Shown: positions 38,804 through 48,747, counted from the first letter of the stretch. The stretch is 55,512 nt of DNA from an uncultured Syntrophus sp. (GCA_964540555.1 CAZINF010000004.1:1-55512), one strand, 5' to 3'. The notes: generated by a model from the letters alone, not told the origin. Numbers and translations: made by a program.

Positions 38804-39346
38804 TTAGCGTTTCTTCTTTTTCATTTTGTTCTGATGACGGCGAATCTGTTTCTTTTGAATTGCATCCGCTTTTGCCACATAGTCAATCTGAATGCCATCT
38901 GGTGGGATTCTGAAGGAGAACCATGTATTGCCGAGACCATTGGTTATCGCAAAATCCCCCAGCGTGATGATATCCATGCCAATCAGCAGATCATAGTTTC
39001 CGAGATTAGCCGCTTCGGTGACTCGAACATCGGGGATCAAGATTCCATTCGGGAGACCGATATCGACCATGTAGGTGTTTGTCTGGTAGGAATTGTTTGC
39101 ATCATGTGCTGTGATGACACCGGTAGGAATCAGGCTGAGTTGTCCCACGACGTCACGGCTGATGGCGGTATTGGTTGCGCCGGTATCCCATATGGCCTGA
39201 ACCAATCTGTCCTGCCGGGCGACATGAAAAAAGCGCACAATGCTGCGCGCTGTAAATATATGCGCCTGAGTCACAAGTTCCCTCAAGCGGCCACCCTGCG
39301 CTTTGACAGTAACGGCGTGGAATGGAGGCGGTTTAACGATGTTCAT
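38804..39346 (-). CDS. Retropepsin-like (clan AA) aspartyl protease
   Basis: Catalytic AIWDTGATNT and LLIGMDII motifs; basic C-terminal tail. Confidence 0.82.
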   Translation of the reverse strand: MNIVKPPPFHAVTVKAQGGRLRELVTQAHIFTARSIVRFFHVARQDRLVQAIWDTGATNTAISRDVVGQLSLIPTGVITAHDANNSYQTNTYMVDIGLPNGILIPDVRVTEAANLGNYDLLIGMDIITLGDFAITNGLGNTWFSFRIPPDGIQIDYVAKADAIQKKQIRRHQNKMKKKKR

Positions 39347-39576
39347 GCAAACGCAACCCGGGAATGAAACCGCTGCACAGTGTTATTGCGCTCTTCGCAC
39401 GGCTGAACGATGAACGTACCCAGTTCATGGGCCTTGGCGGTTTCTTCAAGTGCCTGTTCCATGGTGTCATAGATTCCGATCACTTGTTCTCCTTTTATAA
39501 CGGCAAACTTATGGGGGTGATCGATTGCCAACTGTGAAGCTATCGTCTCAAAATATTGATATTCTCGCTCCAGCAT
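39343..39576 (-). CDS. Small protein (DUF5678-like), translationally coupled to the aspartyl protease
   Basis: 77 aa, KFAVIKGEQVIGIYDT.EQA pattern; AAGGAGG RBS; ATGA overlap with the protease. Confidence 0.7.
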   Translation of the reverse strand: MLEREYQYFETIASQLAIDHPHKFAVIKGEQVIGIYDTMEQALEETAKAHELGTFIVQPCEERNNTVQRFHSRVAFA

Positions 39577-39720
39577 GTCTAAACCTCCTTTCCCGAACAA
39601 CCGTCGTTTTTTCTATAACACAGATCGGATGATTGCTCAATTTCTTTAGAAGTCCCGTTCGCCAGGTAGCCAAAAGGGGATACTCGCAGTTCACAAAATC
39701 CTTATATCTCAGGACTTTAA

Positions 39721-39813
39721 TCTCTCTGGGTCAAATTCCCCGTCGCTTGCGACGAAGAAGAGAGTGCTGCTGGTCCATCATGATACCCCGCTGCTTGCGG
39801 CGGGGAGATTCAT
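39721..39813 (+). mobile_element. 93-bp non-autonomous IS200/IS605-type element of a second family
   Basis: Follows TTAA; hairpins CGTCGCTTGCGACG and CCCCGCTGCTTGCGGCGGGG; ends GATTCAT; left boundary inferred. Confidence 0.6.
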
Positions 39814-39875
39814 TCGAAATAGCTCATTTTGCTCAATGGGTGAGCAAAATTACTCAATCATGCCCCCTGACGGGA

Positions 39876-41102
39876 TCATACCAGCCTTGTCCTGCCGGTC
39901 AGCAGTTCCTGCATCATCCCCTGCTTGAGCAGACGGGTCTTGTCGCGGCGGGCTTCGAGGGCGGCGATCGTGTCGTCCATGTCCGAGAGGACGGCGGCGA
40001 TGGCGGTTTGTTCGCTTTCGTGAGGAAGCGGCACTTTGATGTTTCCTAAAGCTGTTTTGTCCAGATTACGCAGTCCACTCCCCTTGAAGGTTAAGGAGTC
40101 TAGTTTGCTCTTGTGGAGAGAAAGCCAGTAGAAATAGAAGCGCATGTCTCCGCAAATAGAAACGACATAACAGTGATCCGTTACTGAGAAATCGCCGGCG
40201 AAATATCTGACATCGAAGACACCACCGTCAGAGAAGATCAGGGCCTCCGTGTTGGAATAGAGAGCCCTTTCTATTCGCTTCACCTCTCCACCTGAAACAA
40301 ATAATGAAAAAGCACCGTCCTTTGCGCCGTCAGACGAACTGATGGGCGATTTCTTAAAGATATCATCGTAGATGTACTTGAATGGAACTTCTCGCCACTT
40401 CTCGTGAAAGCTCGGGAGGCGCTGCCGACCGGTGAGGAGCTGCTGCATGGCAGCCTGTTTGAGGTCGCAATTCTTGGCGATGAGCCGGTCCAGCGCGCCG
40501 ATCAGCGCATCCACATCGCTCAGCGCCGACGCAATGGCGCGTTGTTCGGTGTCATCTGACGGAAGGGGTATGCCAAACTGAAAAAGGTCCTTGAGCGTTA
40601 TACTGGCTTGGTTTGCGTTACCCCGAAAAATCCCTTCGATAAACACCAGATACCTTTTCATTCTGAAGTGGTCTAGAAATAACCGTTGAATGTGTGCACG
40701 TCGCTTCTTATTGCGTATCAATATGGCATTCTGATTTAGGAGAGCGCCTTCGTGCGATTTCTGAATCAGAATCACTTTGCCAACCATTGAGTCATACATC
40801 GGCGGTTTAGATCCCACAGTGGAAATAACAAGATCGTGTTCTCTGAGCCTCCACTTCGTATAAAGAGATGCTTTAGTCTGAGCCATAAACACCGGATCTG
40901 CTTCCAAGATCGAATCGTAGGTGGTATCACTCACTCTGACGATACGAACACCGTCGCTTTTGTATTCGCTCGACTTGAAGGCGTAACCCTTTGTGTAGTC
41001 TACCATGTCGCCAAATATGGCGACCTCCCACTCCTCTGGAATCACCCCTACCTCGGTCTGCTTGTACCCATCCGGGCATGAATAGCCTGGTTTCACTTCC
41101 AT
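39876..41102 (-). CDS. hsdS: Type I restriction-modification specificity subunit
   Basis: GYKQTEVGVIPEEW; two repeats of the conserved region EQ.AIA..LSD.D..I..L and KQ..MQ.LLTG around two variable TRDs. Confidence 0.95.
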   Translation of the reverse strand: MEVKPGYSCPDGYKQTEVGVIPEEWEVAIFGDMVDYTKGYAFKSSEYKSDGVRIVRVSDTTYDSILEADPVFMAQTKASLYTKWRLREHDLVISTVGSKPPMYDSMVGKVILIQKSHEGALLNQNAILIRNKKRRAHIQRLFLDHFRMKRYLVFIEGIFRGNANQASITLKDLFQFGIPLPSDDTEQRAIASALSDVDALIGALDRLIAKNCDLKQAAMQQLLTGRQRLPSFHEKWREVPFKYIYDDIFKKSPISSSDGAKDGAFSLFVSGGEVKRIERALYSNTEALIFSDGGVFDVRYFAGDFSVTDHCYVVSICGDMRFYFYWLSLHKSKLDSLTFKGSGLRNLDKTALGNIKVPLPHESEQTAIAAVLSDMDDTIAALEARRDKTRLLKQGMMQELLTGRTRLV

Positions 41103-43555
41103 ACCGCCCCCATCTTCCTGAGGTGTCCGTCCACGCGGGCAGCAAGGGTTTCTACTTCGCCGGTTAGCTTCGGCAGCGGGGTGGCGTAGCGTTCGGCCAG
41201 TTGGCGGATTCCGCCGGTGAGCGTCTGCGACACGCGGTCGAGTTCGGTCTGTACATCAGCAGCCAGCGTCGCCAGCCATTTGTCGCCCACTACCAGTGTC
41301 TTGATCTCGTCCTCCGTGAGTTTGCCATACTTTGCCGCGACCCTGGCCTCCAATTTCTTCTGCGCGTCTTTGACCTGGCTGTCGGTGTCGGCTTCCTTTT
41401 CGATGAGGGCAAGGTATCCCTTTAGAACGTTCAGCTCATCGGCAAATTCCGCATCGCCCTCGATTTCCTTGATGCGGGCCGTGACGGTGGCCTTGGTGAT
41501 TTTTCCTTTGTCATTCTTCACTGCCTCCAGCAGCCCCTCCTCGCCGCCGTGTTCCTCGGCCATTTCTTCCATGCTCTGCACGAGGGCGGCAGCTTCGGAT
41601 ACCAGACTCTCGATGGCGGCCTGCTCGGCGGCGAAGTAACGGGCGACGAGAATCGAAACGGGAATCAGGTCGGCCTTGAACTTCTGCTTCCCCACCGTAA
41701 AGTCCGGCTTTTCCTTCGTCTTCCTGTCCTTGTCCTCGATGATGAGCCGGGGTCTGGCGGCTTCTTGCCAGCCGTCGCTGACGATCATATACACATCGTC
41801 CTGCATGGTCTCGGCCCAGTAATCCATCAGGTGCTGATAAATGTCGTAGGTATTGATCAGCCTGGCCTTCTGAAAGGTCTCCAGCAAGTCCTCGGAGAGG
41901 ATTTCAATGAGCGCCTTGGGATGGTCGCCCTTGGCAATACCTGCGAGGCGTGGGGCGTTGGCGGCCTTCCACTGCGCGAACAGTGTGGTGACGGATGCGT
42001 TGAACGCGGTGAACTCCGCATGGCTGAAGATGGCGGCCTTGATCTCGCCCACCGGCAGCTTCAGTCGGCTGTAACCGTGGCGTCCGGCGGACTCGAACAG
42101 GAGCGGGCGTAGGCTGGGAAAGATATGCCAGTACCTGTCGAGGTCATCGATGTCATGGTCGGGGATGCCGCCGCGCAGGTGGCCGTCGATGTCCTGCAGG
42201 TCCTCCGGTTCGGTGCTGTCAATGTAGCGCGGCAGGTTGAGGTTGAATGCGTTTTTCGGGTCGCTGATCTCGGAAAGCGGCACCATGCGCGAGTACTTGG
42301 GGATTTCTACTTGCCGATTGAAGGTATCTACGATCCTGTGGATGTCCTGGGCGCGCAAGCGGTTCTTGTTGCCGTCCTTGATAAAACCTTTGGAGGCGTC
42401 AATCATAAAAATGCCTTTGCGGGCATGGGCGTTTTCCTTGTCGAGCACAAGAATGCAGGCGGGAATGCCGGTGCCGTAAAAGAGGTTGGCAGGCAGGCCG
42501 ATGATACCCTTGATGAAGCCGCGCTTGACAATCTCTCTGCGAATGGCAGCCTCAGCGCCGCCGCGAAATAGCACGCCGTGGGGGTGGATGACCGCGCCCT
42601 TGCCCGTGCTTTTGAGACAGGCGAGGATGTGCAGCAGGAAAGCGAAATCGCCATTCTTCTGCGGCGGAATCCCGTAGCCGAAGCGGCCATAAAGGTCATT
42701 GGCCGGGTCGAAGCCGTTGCTCCAGGCTTTGGAGGAGAACGGGAAATTGGCGACAACGAAGTCGAACGTCTTGAGACGGCCATCGCTGCCTTTAAAATGC
42801 GGGCTGGAGAGGGTATTGTCCCGCCAGATTTCCGCCGTCGGGCAGTCGTGGAGGATCATGTTCATCCGCGCCAGCGCGGCGGTGGCGTTGTCCATTTCCT
42901 GCCCGTAAAGGGCCAGGTCGAGACCGGTTTGGCTTTTTGCTTCGTCGTGGGCCTTGAGGAGGAGAGACGCCGAGCCGCAGGTGGGATCGTGGGCGGACTG
43001 GCTGGCGCTCCTGGCGTTGCCAATGCCGATGACTTTTGCCATGATCCGGGAGACCTCCGCCGGGGTGTAGAACTGCCCCTTGCTCTTGCCCGACTCGGTG
43101 GCGAAGTGACGCATGAGGTACTCGTAAGCGTCGCCCAGGAGGTCGTCACCCTCGGCGCGGTTGTTGCGGAAATCGAGGGCCGGCGTGTTAAAGATGGCCA
43201 CCAGATTGGAAAGGCGGTCCACCATCTCCTTTCCTCTGCCGAGCTTTCCCTCGTCGTTGAAGTCGGCAACATCGATGACACCCCTGAGGCCGTTGGCCTC
43301 GGCCAACTTGCCGATGATCTTGTTGATCTTGTCGCCGATTTCCTTGTCGCCCTTGAGATCTACCATGTCGGCGAAGCCGCCGCCCTTGGGAACGTCGAGC
43401 AGGTAGCCCTTCTGGCCGGCCGCCTTGTCGGAGACATACTTCATGAACAACAGGACCAGGACATAGTCCTTGTACTGCGAGGCGTCCATGCCGCCACGTA
43501 ATTCATCACAGCTTTTCCAGAGGGAGGAGTAGAGTTCGGATTTTTTAATCGCCAT
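41093..43555 (-). CDS. hsdM: Type I restriction-modification DNA methyltransferase subunit
   Basis: LWKSCDELRGGMDASQY, GQFYTP, DPTCGSASLL, VVANFPFS, NLFYGTGIP, NLNLPRYID. Confidence 0.96.
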   Translation of the reverse strand: MAIKKSELYSSLWKSCDELRGGMDASQYKDYVLVLLFMKYVSDKAAGQKGYLLDVPKGGGFADMVDLKGDKEIGDKINKIIGKLAEANGLRGVIDVADFNDEGKLGRGKEMVDRLSNLVAIFNTPALDFRNNRAEGDDLLGDAYEYLMRHFATESGKSKGQFYTPAEVSRIMAKVIGIGNARSASQSAHDPTCGSASLLLKAHDEAKSQTGLDLALYGQEMDNATAALARMNMILHDCPTAEIWRDNTLSSPHFKGSDGRLKTFDFVVANFPFSSKAWSNGFDPANDLYGRFGYGIPPQKNGDFAFLLHILACLKSTGKGAVIHPHGVLFRGGAEAAIRREIVKRGFIKGIIGLPANLFYGTGIPACILVLDKENAHARKGIFMIDASKGFIKDGNKNRLRAQDIHRIVDTFNRQVEIPKYSRMVPLSEISDPKNAFNLNLPRYIDSTEPEDLQDIDGHLRGGIPDHDIDDLDRYWHIFPSLRPLLFESAGRHGYSRLKLPVGEIKAAIFSHAEFTAFNASVTTLFAQWKAANAPRLAGIAKGDHPKALIEILSEDLLETFQKARLINTYDIYQHLMDYWAETMQDDVYMIVSDGWQEAARPRLIIEDKDRKTKEKPDFTVGKQKFKADLIPVSILVARYFAAEQAAIESLVSEAAALVQSMEEMAEEHGGEEGLLEAVKNDKGKITKATVTARIKEIEGDAEFADELNVLKGYLALIEKEADTDSQVKDAQKKLEARVAAKYGKLTEDEIKTLVVGDKWLATLAADVQTELDRVSQTLTGGIRQLAERYATPLPKLTGEVETLAARVDGHLRKMGAVWK

Positions 43556-43951
43556 GGCGCCCCTTTTCCAAAATGACCGAATGGTTGTGGAAAGATAGCA
43601 AAATAATGATCGCTTTGAAGATTTGTTGTTTGAATTCTATACCGTTCTTGGGATTGTGTCAAATCCGGAAGCTCAAGAAGCAAGCAGCATCCACATCAAA
43701 ATAAATGAGCGGTAAACCAGTGCACCTTTCGAACCGCATTCAGTGATCTGACCCGATCATCCGCCCTGCAGACTTGTATTTGAACTAAGTGCGGTTGATG
43801 AACATCAGACACCTCTTGCTCGGTAGCTTCTATTCCTGCCCATGAAAGCATGAAATCGAGCTGCATCCTGTGCCGTAATAGTCTCCTCAGTGGTGGATAA
43901 CCTTCTCTTTTGCCAATCAATATCCCGAATCGAAGGTATGGATGGACCTGT

Positions 43952-44962
43952 CTATGGGCGATCGGCCAACCATTTTCGGGCTGCCGGGCTGCCCAGCCGG
44001 GCAGCCTTGCGCATATCCCCCCGACACCGTCCTTTTTGGCCGACCCCCAAATACGCCGTTGCGCGCCAGTAGTAGACGGACGGGAACGAGGGGGCGATCG
44101 CCGCGGCTTTGGTGAAGTCGGCGATGGCGAGTGCGTATTGCTTTTGCTTCAGATAGGCAAACCCGCGGTCGTAATAAGCCCAGGCGTAATTGACATCCGT
44201 CTCCAGGGTCTTATCGAAATCCTCGATTGCCGAGGCATACAGGCCCTGCCTGCTCAGGATCAGGCCACGGTTGTACGTGGCCCAGGCGAAGCCGGAATCG
44301 ATCATCATCGCACGATTGTACTCCTCGATGGCCTGGTCAGGTCGGCCCAGCGTCCGCAGAGACGCACCGAGATGATAGAGGGCCCAGACATGTTTCGTGT
44401 CCAATGACAGGGCCTTACGAAAATCCCCGGCAGCCTTTTCCGCATGGCCCTTCAGGCGAAAGGCGATCCCCCGGCTATAGTAGGCCCATGCTTCGTTCGG
44501 GTCATCCGTGACGGTTTTGGAGTATTCCTCAATTTCCCGGTCATCCCATTTCTCCATGCCGCTTTCCGACCGTTCTATATCCGGGGGCAGGGCTGTTGCC
44601 TTGCTGTAGTCCTCTGTTTCCCGGTCAAAATGGCCTTTCCTACCGTAAGCCAAGGAGCGCCTGTAATACGCCGCCGCATCACCCGGGTCCCTGAGGATGG
44701 CGAGAGAGTACTCCTCGATCGCCCGGTCATGCCTGCCTGTTTTGTCCAGGACCAGGCCGCGGCTGTAATAGGCCCTTGCGCACCGAGGCGCTCGCGCAAC
44801 TGCCTTGTCCAGCGCCGCCATGGCTTCGTTATAGGCGCCCCGCCGGAGATGGTCCTGCCCCCTGGGCAGCCACTCCCCGGCTTTCAGACAGGGATCCGCA
44901 GCCATCCCGGTCGCAGCCCGGAGAAAAAACAAGACCAGGCAACCCGAGAACCATTTTTTCAT
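43952..44962 (-). CDS. Exported tetratricopeptide repeat protein
   Basis: Signal peptide; repeated AYY.RG...A..DF.KA units. Confidence 0.85.
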   Translation of the reverse strand: MKKWFSGCLVLFFLRAATGMAADPCLKAGEWLPRGQDHLRRGAYNEAMAALDKAVARAPRCARAYYSRGLVLDKTGRHDRAIEEYSLAILRDPGDAAAYYRRSLAYGRKGHFDRETEDYSKATALPPDIERSESGMEKWDDREIEEYSKTVTDDPNEAWAYYSRGIAFRLKGHAEKAAGDFRKALSLDTKHVWALYHLGASLRTLGRPDQAIEEYNRAMMIDSGFAWATYNRGLILSRQGLYASAIEDFDKTLETDVNYAWAYYDRGFAYLKQKQYALAIADFTKAAAIAPSFPSVYYWRATAYLGVGQKGRCRGDMRKAARLGSPAARKWLADRP

Positions 44963-44989
44963 CGCTTCTTCTCCTTAACCAACAAGACA

Positions 44990-45682
44990 TTAGCGCATCT
45001 TCACGAGAGAGGGAAGTTTTCCGGCGAGTCCCGCATGGCCGTCCTTGACGATCAGCACACCGCTGACACCCTCTATGGAAACGATTTGATTGAGGGCAGG
45101 CTCCACATCGCCGACGGTCTTTACGAGATTGGCGGCCAGGGTTGCAGCGGCGTCCGCCAAAGCGGCGTCTTTGGCGACCACAGTCGCCAGATCGCAATAG
45201 CCGAGGCTCAGCGAGTGGCCCATTTTCCCCGAGGATGAACAGATAGATAAAGGAGTGTCGCACGCCTGCAGGGAAAAGGCCAGCCGGCCGATCTGCTCCG
45301 ACTCGCCCGGATAGAGACCGATGATCACGGGCTCGACGGTCTGCAGATAGATGTCGCCCCCGTTATCCACGATCACCTCTTCGGCGCCGGCCCTCAAAGC
45401 GGCCTCGACCGCAAGCTGGGCCATGGCGCCGGCGACGGCGGCCATCGGTCCGACACCCACCGTGCTTGCGGCGCGGGCCATCCGCCGTGCGACTTCGGGT
45501 GCATCGACTTTTACCGCAACGGGCTCAAGCGAATGGTGAAAAAGGGGATGCCGCCGGATATAGGCCTCCAGAATCGCCCGTTGCCGAACGATCTCCTGCG
45601 TGACCGCTTCAAACGGTTCGCAGCAGATACGGAAGAGCGCTTCTTTATGGACGAACGTTCTATATACCCGTTTGCGGTTCAT
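44990..45682 (-). CDS. UPF0280 / ApbE-like protein (COG2122)
   Basis: VGPMAAVAGA, IVDNGGDI, CSSSGKMGHSLSLG, LADAAAT..AN. Confidence 0.88.
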   Translation of the reverse strand: MNRKRVYRTFVHKEALFRICCEPFEAVTQEIVRQRAILEAYIRRHPLFHHSLEPVAVKVDAPEVARRMARAASTVGVGPMAAVAGAMAQLAVEAALRAGAEEVIVDNGGDIYLQTVEPVIIGLYPGESEQIGRLAFSLQACDTPLSICSSSGKMGHSLSLGYCDLATVVAKDAALADAAATLAANLVKTVGDVEPALNQIVSIEGVSGVLIVKDGHAGLAGKLPSLVKMR

Positions 45683-45706
45683 GGGGATAACGGAGCTTGG
45701 TATTAG

Positions 45707-45856
45707 CATCCTGTTGAAAAAAGTCTCTTTTGCCGGTTGTTCAAAAACGTCCAGATGCAAGGCCCCCGCAATTCTGAGCCGTGAGGCGTACTTGTTGGTA
45801 CGTTGAACGGCGAAGGATAAGGGAAACGCAGCAGATGGGCGTTTTTCAACAGCCGG
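45707..45856. mobile_element. 150-bp MITE with IS5-like ends and TTAG target duplication
   Basis: TTAG|CATCCTGTTGAAAAA ... TTTTTCAACAGCCGG|TTAG; internal second inverted repeat. Confidence 0.75.
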
Positions 45857-46279
45857 TTAGAACGCCGATGTGCATGCGCCGTAGGGACAGATGCGGATGC
45901 ATGCCAGGCACTCGATGCATTCGGATTCTTTGTAGGCGATCTTTCGTGTGGCGCTGTCTTCGATTTTCAGCGCCCTGGGGGGGCAGTAGGGGACGCAGTA
46001 GCCGCAATGGGAGCAGCGCTCCTCGTCAAGGATAACCCCCTTTCCGGAGTAATTAACAATGACGTTGAAGGTCTTTACAAAATCGATCCCGCCCTGGATC
46101 GCCTCTTCCGTGCCCGTGACGTCCAGCACAAGGTACCCTTCCTCTTCCGGCGTCACCTTGGCGCGAAAGACATTGACGATGAGATGATAATCTTTGACCA
46201 GGTGGTATATGATCGGCTTGTCGCATTCGCACTTGGGAAAGTAGAACATCAGTTTTTTGGTCACGGTGTCGTTGTTCAT
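45857..46279 (-). CDS. NIL domain plus 2x[4Fe-4S] ferredoxin
   Basis: KPIIYHLVKDY.L.VN.FRA.V NIL pattern; CSHCGYCVPYCP and CIECLACIRICP. Confidence 0.88.
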   Translation of the reverse strand: MNNDTVTKKLMFYFPKCECDKPIIYHLVKDYHLIVNVFRAKVTPEEEGYLVLDVTGTEEAIQGGIDFVKTFNVIVNYSGKGVILDEERCSHCGYCVPYCPPRALKIEDSATRKIAYKESECIECLACIRICPYGACTSAF

Positions 46280-47466
46280 CGGGGCGGCTCCCTTTTCGCA
46301 AGCGGTTTCATTTTCGTGTCTTTCTTGAGAGGGGCGATCGGGGCGGCAAGCCGGAAATCACCCCGCCGGATCTCATCCGCCAGCAGATTGGCGATTTCCA
46401 ATGCCTTATAGTAGGAAGAGAGCGATCCCACCTCCACCGTCCGGCCTTCGACCTCGATCCGGCCGGTGCGCAGTTGTTCGTAGTTGACGTGACCAATGAC
46501 GTTGCCGGTATTATGCGGATACTCGGAACCGTAGTCGACCACCGGGGCCAGGATATCCCGGTCGCGCACGCAGGTGCGTCTCAGGACTTCTTCGTTGAGG
46601 ATGGGAATGGGAATTCCTATCCCCAGTGCCAGCGAGACTCCATAGCCGGGGAAGCTCACGCCCCGGACGAACTCCTTTCGCATTTGCTTCATGTCGCCGG
46701 TCAGCGCCAGCGTTCCCGCTCCACAGGTCGGCACGCCATCCGGCGTCCTGCCGACGCCGCCGGCGTGCTGCGTTCCTTCCGCGTACACATGTCCCTGCGC
46801 CCCGGCCAGCCAGACGCGCGTGCCGACGCCGATGGTTTCGTAGTAGGGGTCGTTGAGCAGAGGCGACAACTGACCCGCGGAGCAGTAGTTCGCGTTTTTC
46901 TGACGGGGTTCGAGCTGGCCCATGTATGTGTAGATCGTGTGGTCCGACCGGTTGATCGCCACATTGTAGTTCTGGTAGCAGTTGCGCGGATTGACCATGA
47001 TCGCCTGATTCAGGTCCTGGATGGTGAAGTAGGTACGGATCTCCCGGAGCGGATAACAGTCCGTGCCGTAAGAGAGGGCGAAGAGCTGGAGGGTTTTTCC
47101 CGCTACGAGATCCTCGATCACGTGACCGCCGCCATACCGGAACTCGCCGGGCGGATACATGTTGGCAGGATCTCCGTGCCGAAGCTGCGTGCACCCGAGA
47201 TAGACATCAACGGCTGCGAGACCTGTGTAGACAAGAACATCGGAAACCCATGCCTCCGACATGCGGATCCTCGGTTTGGAATGTCCGAAGTTTAAGAAGC
47301 AGCCCGACGAACACATCGGGCCGAACGTGGCGGTAGTGACGACGTCCACCGCTTCGGCCGCGGCCTGGAGCCCCTTTTTGTCCACGTAATCCATGATCTC
47401 ATCGGCCGTCAGCACCACGGCTTTCCCGGATTCGATACGATCGTTGATCTGTTCATAGGTCTTCAT
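46276..47466 (-). CDS. DUF39 homocysteine biosynthesis protein (L-aspartate semialdehyde sulfurtransferase)
   Basis: VDVVTTATFGPMCSSG, YGGGHVIEDL, YGTDCYP, NPRNCYQNY, GQLSPLLNDP. Confidence 0.9.
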   Translation of the reverse strand: MKTYEQINDRIESGKAVVLTADEIMDYVDKKGLQAAAEAVDVVTTATFGPMCSSGCFLNFGHSKPRIRMSEAWVSDVLVYTGLAAVDVYLGCTQLRHGDPANMYPPGEFRYGGGHVIEDLVAGKTLQLFALSYGTDCYPLREIRTYFTIQDLNQAIMVNPRNCYQNYNVAINRSDHTIYTYMGQLEPRQKNANYCSAGQLSPLLNDPYYETIGVGTRVWLAGAQGHVYAEGTQHAGGVGRTPDGVPTCGAGTLALTGDMKQMRKEFVRGVSFPGYGVSLALGIGIPIPILNEEVLRRTCVRDRDILAPVVDYGSEYPHNTGNVIGHVNYEQLRTGRIEVEGRTVEVGSLSSYYKALEIANLLADEIRRGDFRLAAPIAPLKKDTKMKPLAKREPPR

Positions 47467-47631
47467 AGTGTCATTTCCCGCTGTAGGATAGGATTCTTAA
47501 AAACACTTTGCGCGCATTTCGTACACATCTTCATTTTTTTTGTCAAGCAATTGCTTCCCCATGATTTTCGCAGAGACAAACCGAAAAAACAAAGGCCTGA
47601 TAATGCCTGCAGGGTTTTTGAATTCGATTTG

Positions 47632-48747
47632 CTACGAGCCGGCCAGATTCTTGTGCATGTTTCTTATAATATCGTCGGCCTCCTTCATGATCCTGTCAAT
47701 CAGATCCTGAACCTTGGGCAGGTCGTTCACCCGCTGCGCGCATTCGCCGCCCGCCATCATCGCGTTTTCCCGGTCGCCCATGCAGACGGCTTTGATGCCG
47801 GCCCTTTCATATTCGATCAATTCCAGCGGAACCGTGCTCCAGTCATCGGGGACGCCCGTAAACACCCCGGGAGACTTCACGAGGGTATTCTGCAGGTGGA
47901 TCATGCTGGAGGGGGTCTTGAGCCACCGGGCGGGCCCCACGACGCCGCGGGCCACCAAGGTTCCCCGATCCTCCGTTTTAACGACCTGTTCCTTCCACAG
48001 GGGATGGAAGTCGCTCTCTTCCGTTGCCAGGAGTCTTGTTCCCATCTGCACTCCCGCCGCGCCCATGGCAATCGCCGATGCAAGGGTCTTGCCGTCGCAG
48101 AAGCCGCCCGCCCCCACCACCGGATAATTCGGGTCCTCTATTGCATCGATCACGGCAGGCAGTAAAACCATGGTGTGGACCGGTTCCCAGGCGATATGAA
48201 AACCCCCTTCGTGCCCGGAAGCGACGATGCAGTCCACCCCCGCTTTTCTGCATCGCAGTGCGCCTTTGACCGAGGGTACGACGTGCAGCCACGTCAATCC
48301 GGCGGACTTGATCTTCTCGCGCCAGGGGAGGGGGTCGCCGGCCGATGTAAAGAGCACCTTGAAATGCTTCTTCATTTCGGGGTTCTCCTCACGGACCCGT
48401 ATCGCCGTATCGATGAAGAGCTGCGCTTTATCGAGTATTTCCGCCGACACCATCACGTTGATGCCGAAGATGCCGCCCCTGTCTTTCGTCAGTCGATATG
48501 TCCGCTTCAGGATCTTCTCGAGCACCTTGGCTATATCGTCTTCCATGGACGCCTCTCCACTCTCGACGAACGCATTGTATATCCAGGGTTGCCCTTCCCT
48601 GTCAAGAAGTCCGCTGGTTGAGAGCAGGCCAAGTATCCCCGCATTGGCTGCCGCGACGCAAAGGTTGTTGTTGCTGAACGGACCCATGCCTGCCTGGATG
48701 ATGGGATGTTTGATTCCTAGTAACTCCGTAAGTCTGGTTTTCAGCAT
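47632..48747 (-). CDS. Nitronate monooxygenase/FabK-like FMN-dependent oxidoreductase
   Basis: TRLTELLGIKHPIIQAGMG, ASGHEGGFH, GAGGFCDG, GVQMGTRL. Confidence 0.85.
   Translation of the reverse strand: MLKTRLTELLGIKHPIIQAGMGPFSNNNLCVAAANAGILGLLSTSGLLDREGQPWIYNAFVESGEASMEDDIAKVLEKILKRTYRLTKDRGGIFGINVMVSAEILDKAQLFIDTAIRVREENPEMKKHFKVLFTSAGDPLPWREKIKSAGLTWLHVVPSVKGALRCRKAGVDCIVASGHEGGFHIAWEPVHTMVLLPAVIDAIEDPNYPVVGAGGFCDGKTLASAIAMGAAGVQMGTRLLATEESDFHPLWKEQVVKTEDRGTLVARGVVGPARWLKTPSSMIHLQNTLVKSPGVFTGVPDDWSTVPLELIEYERAGIKAVCMGDRENAMMAGGECAQRVNDLPKVQDLIDRIMKEADDIIRNMHKNLAGS

Noticed and set aside
43696-43920. 74-aa ORF upstream of hsdM
   Set aside because: No clear start, RBS or family; it may be a gene remnant but cannot be assigned.
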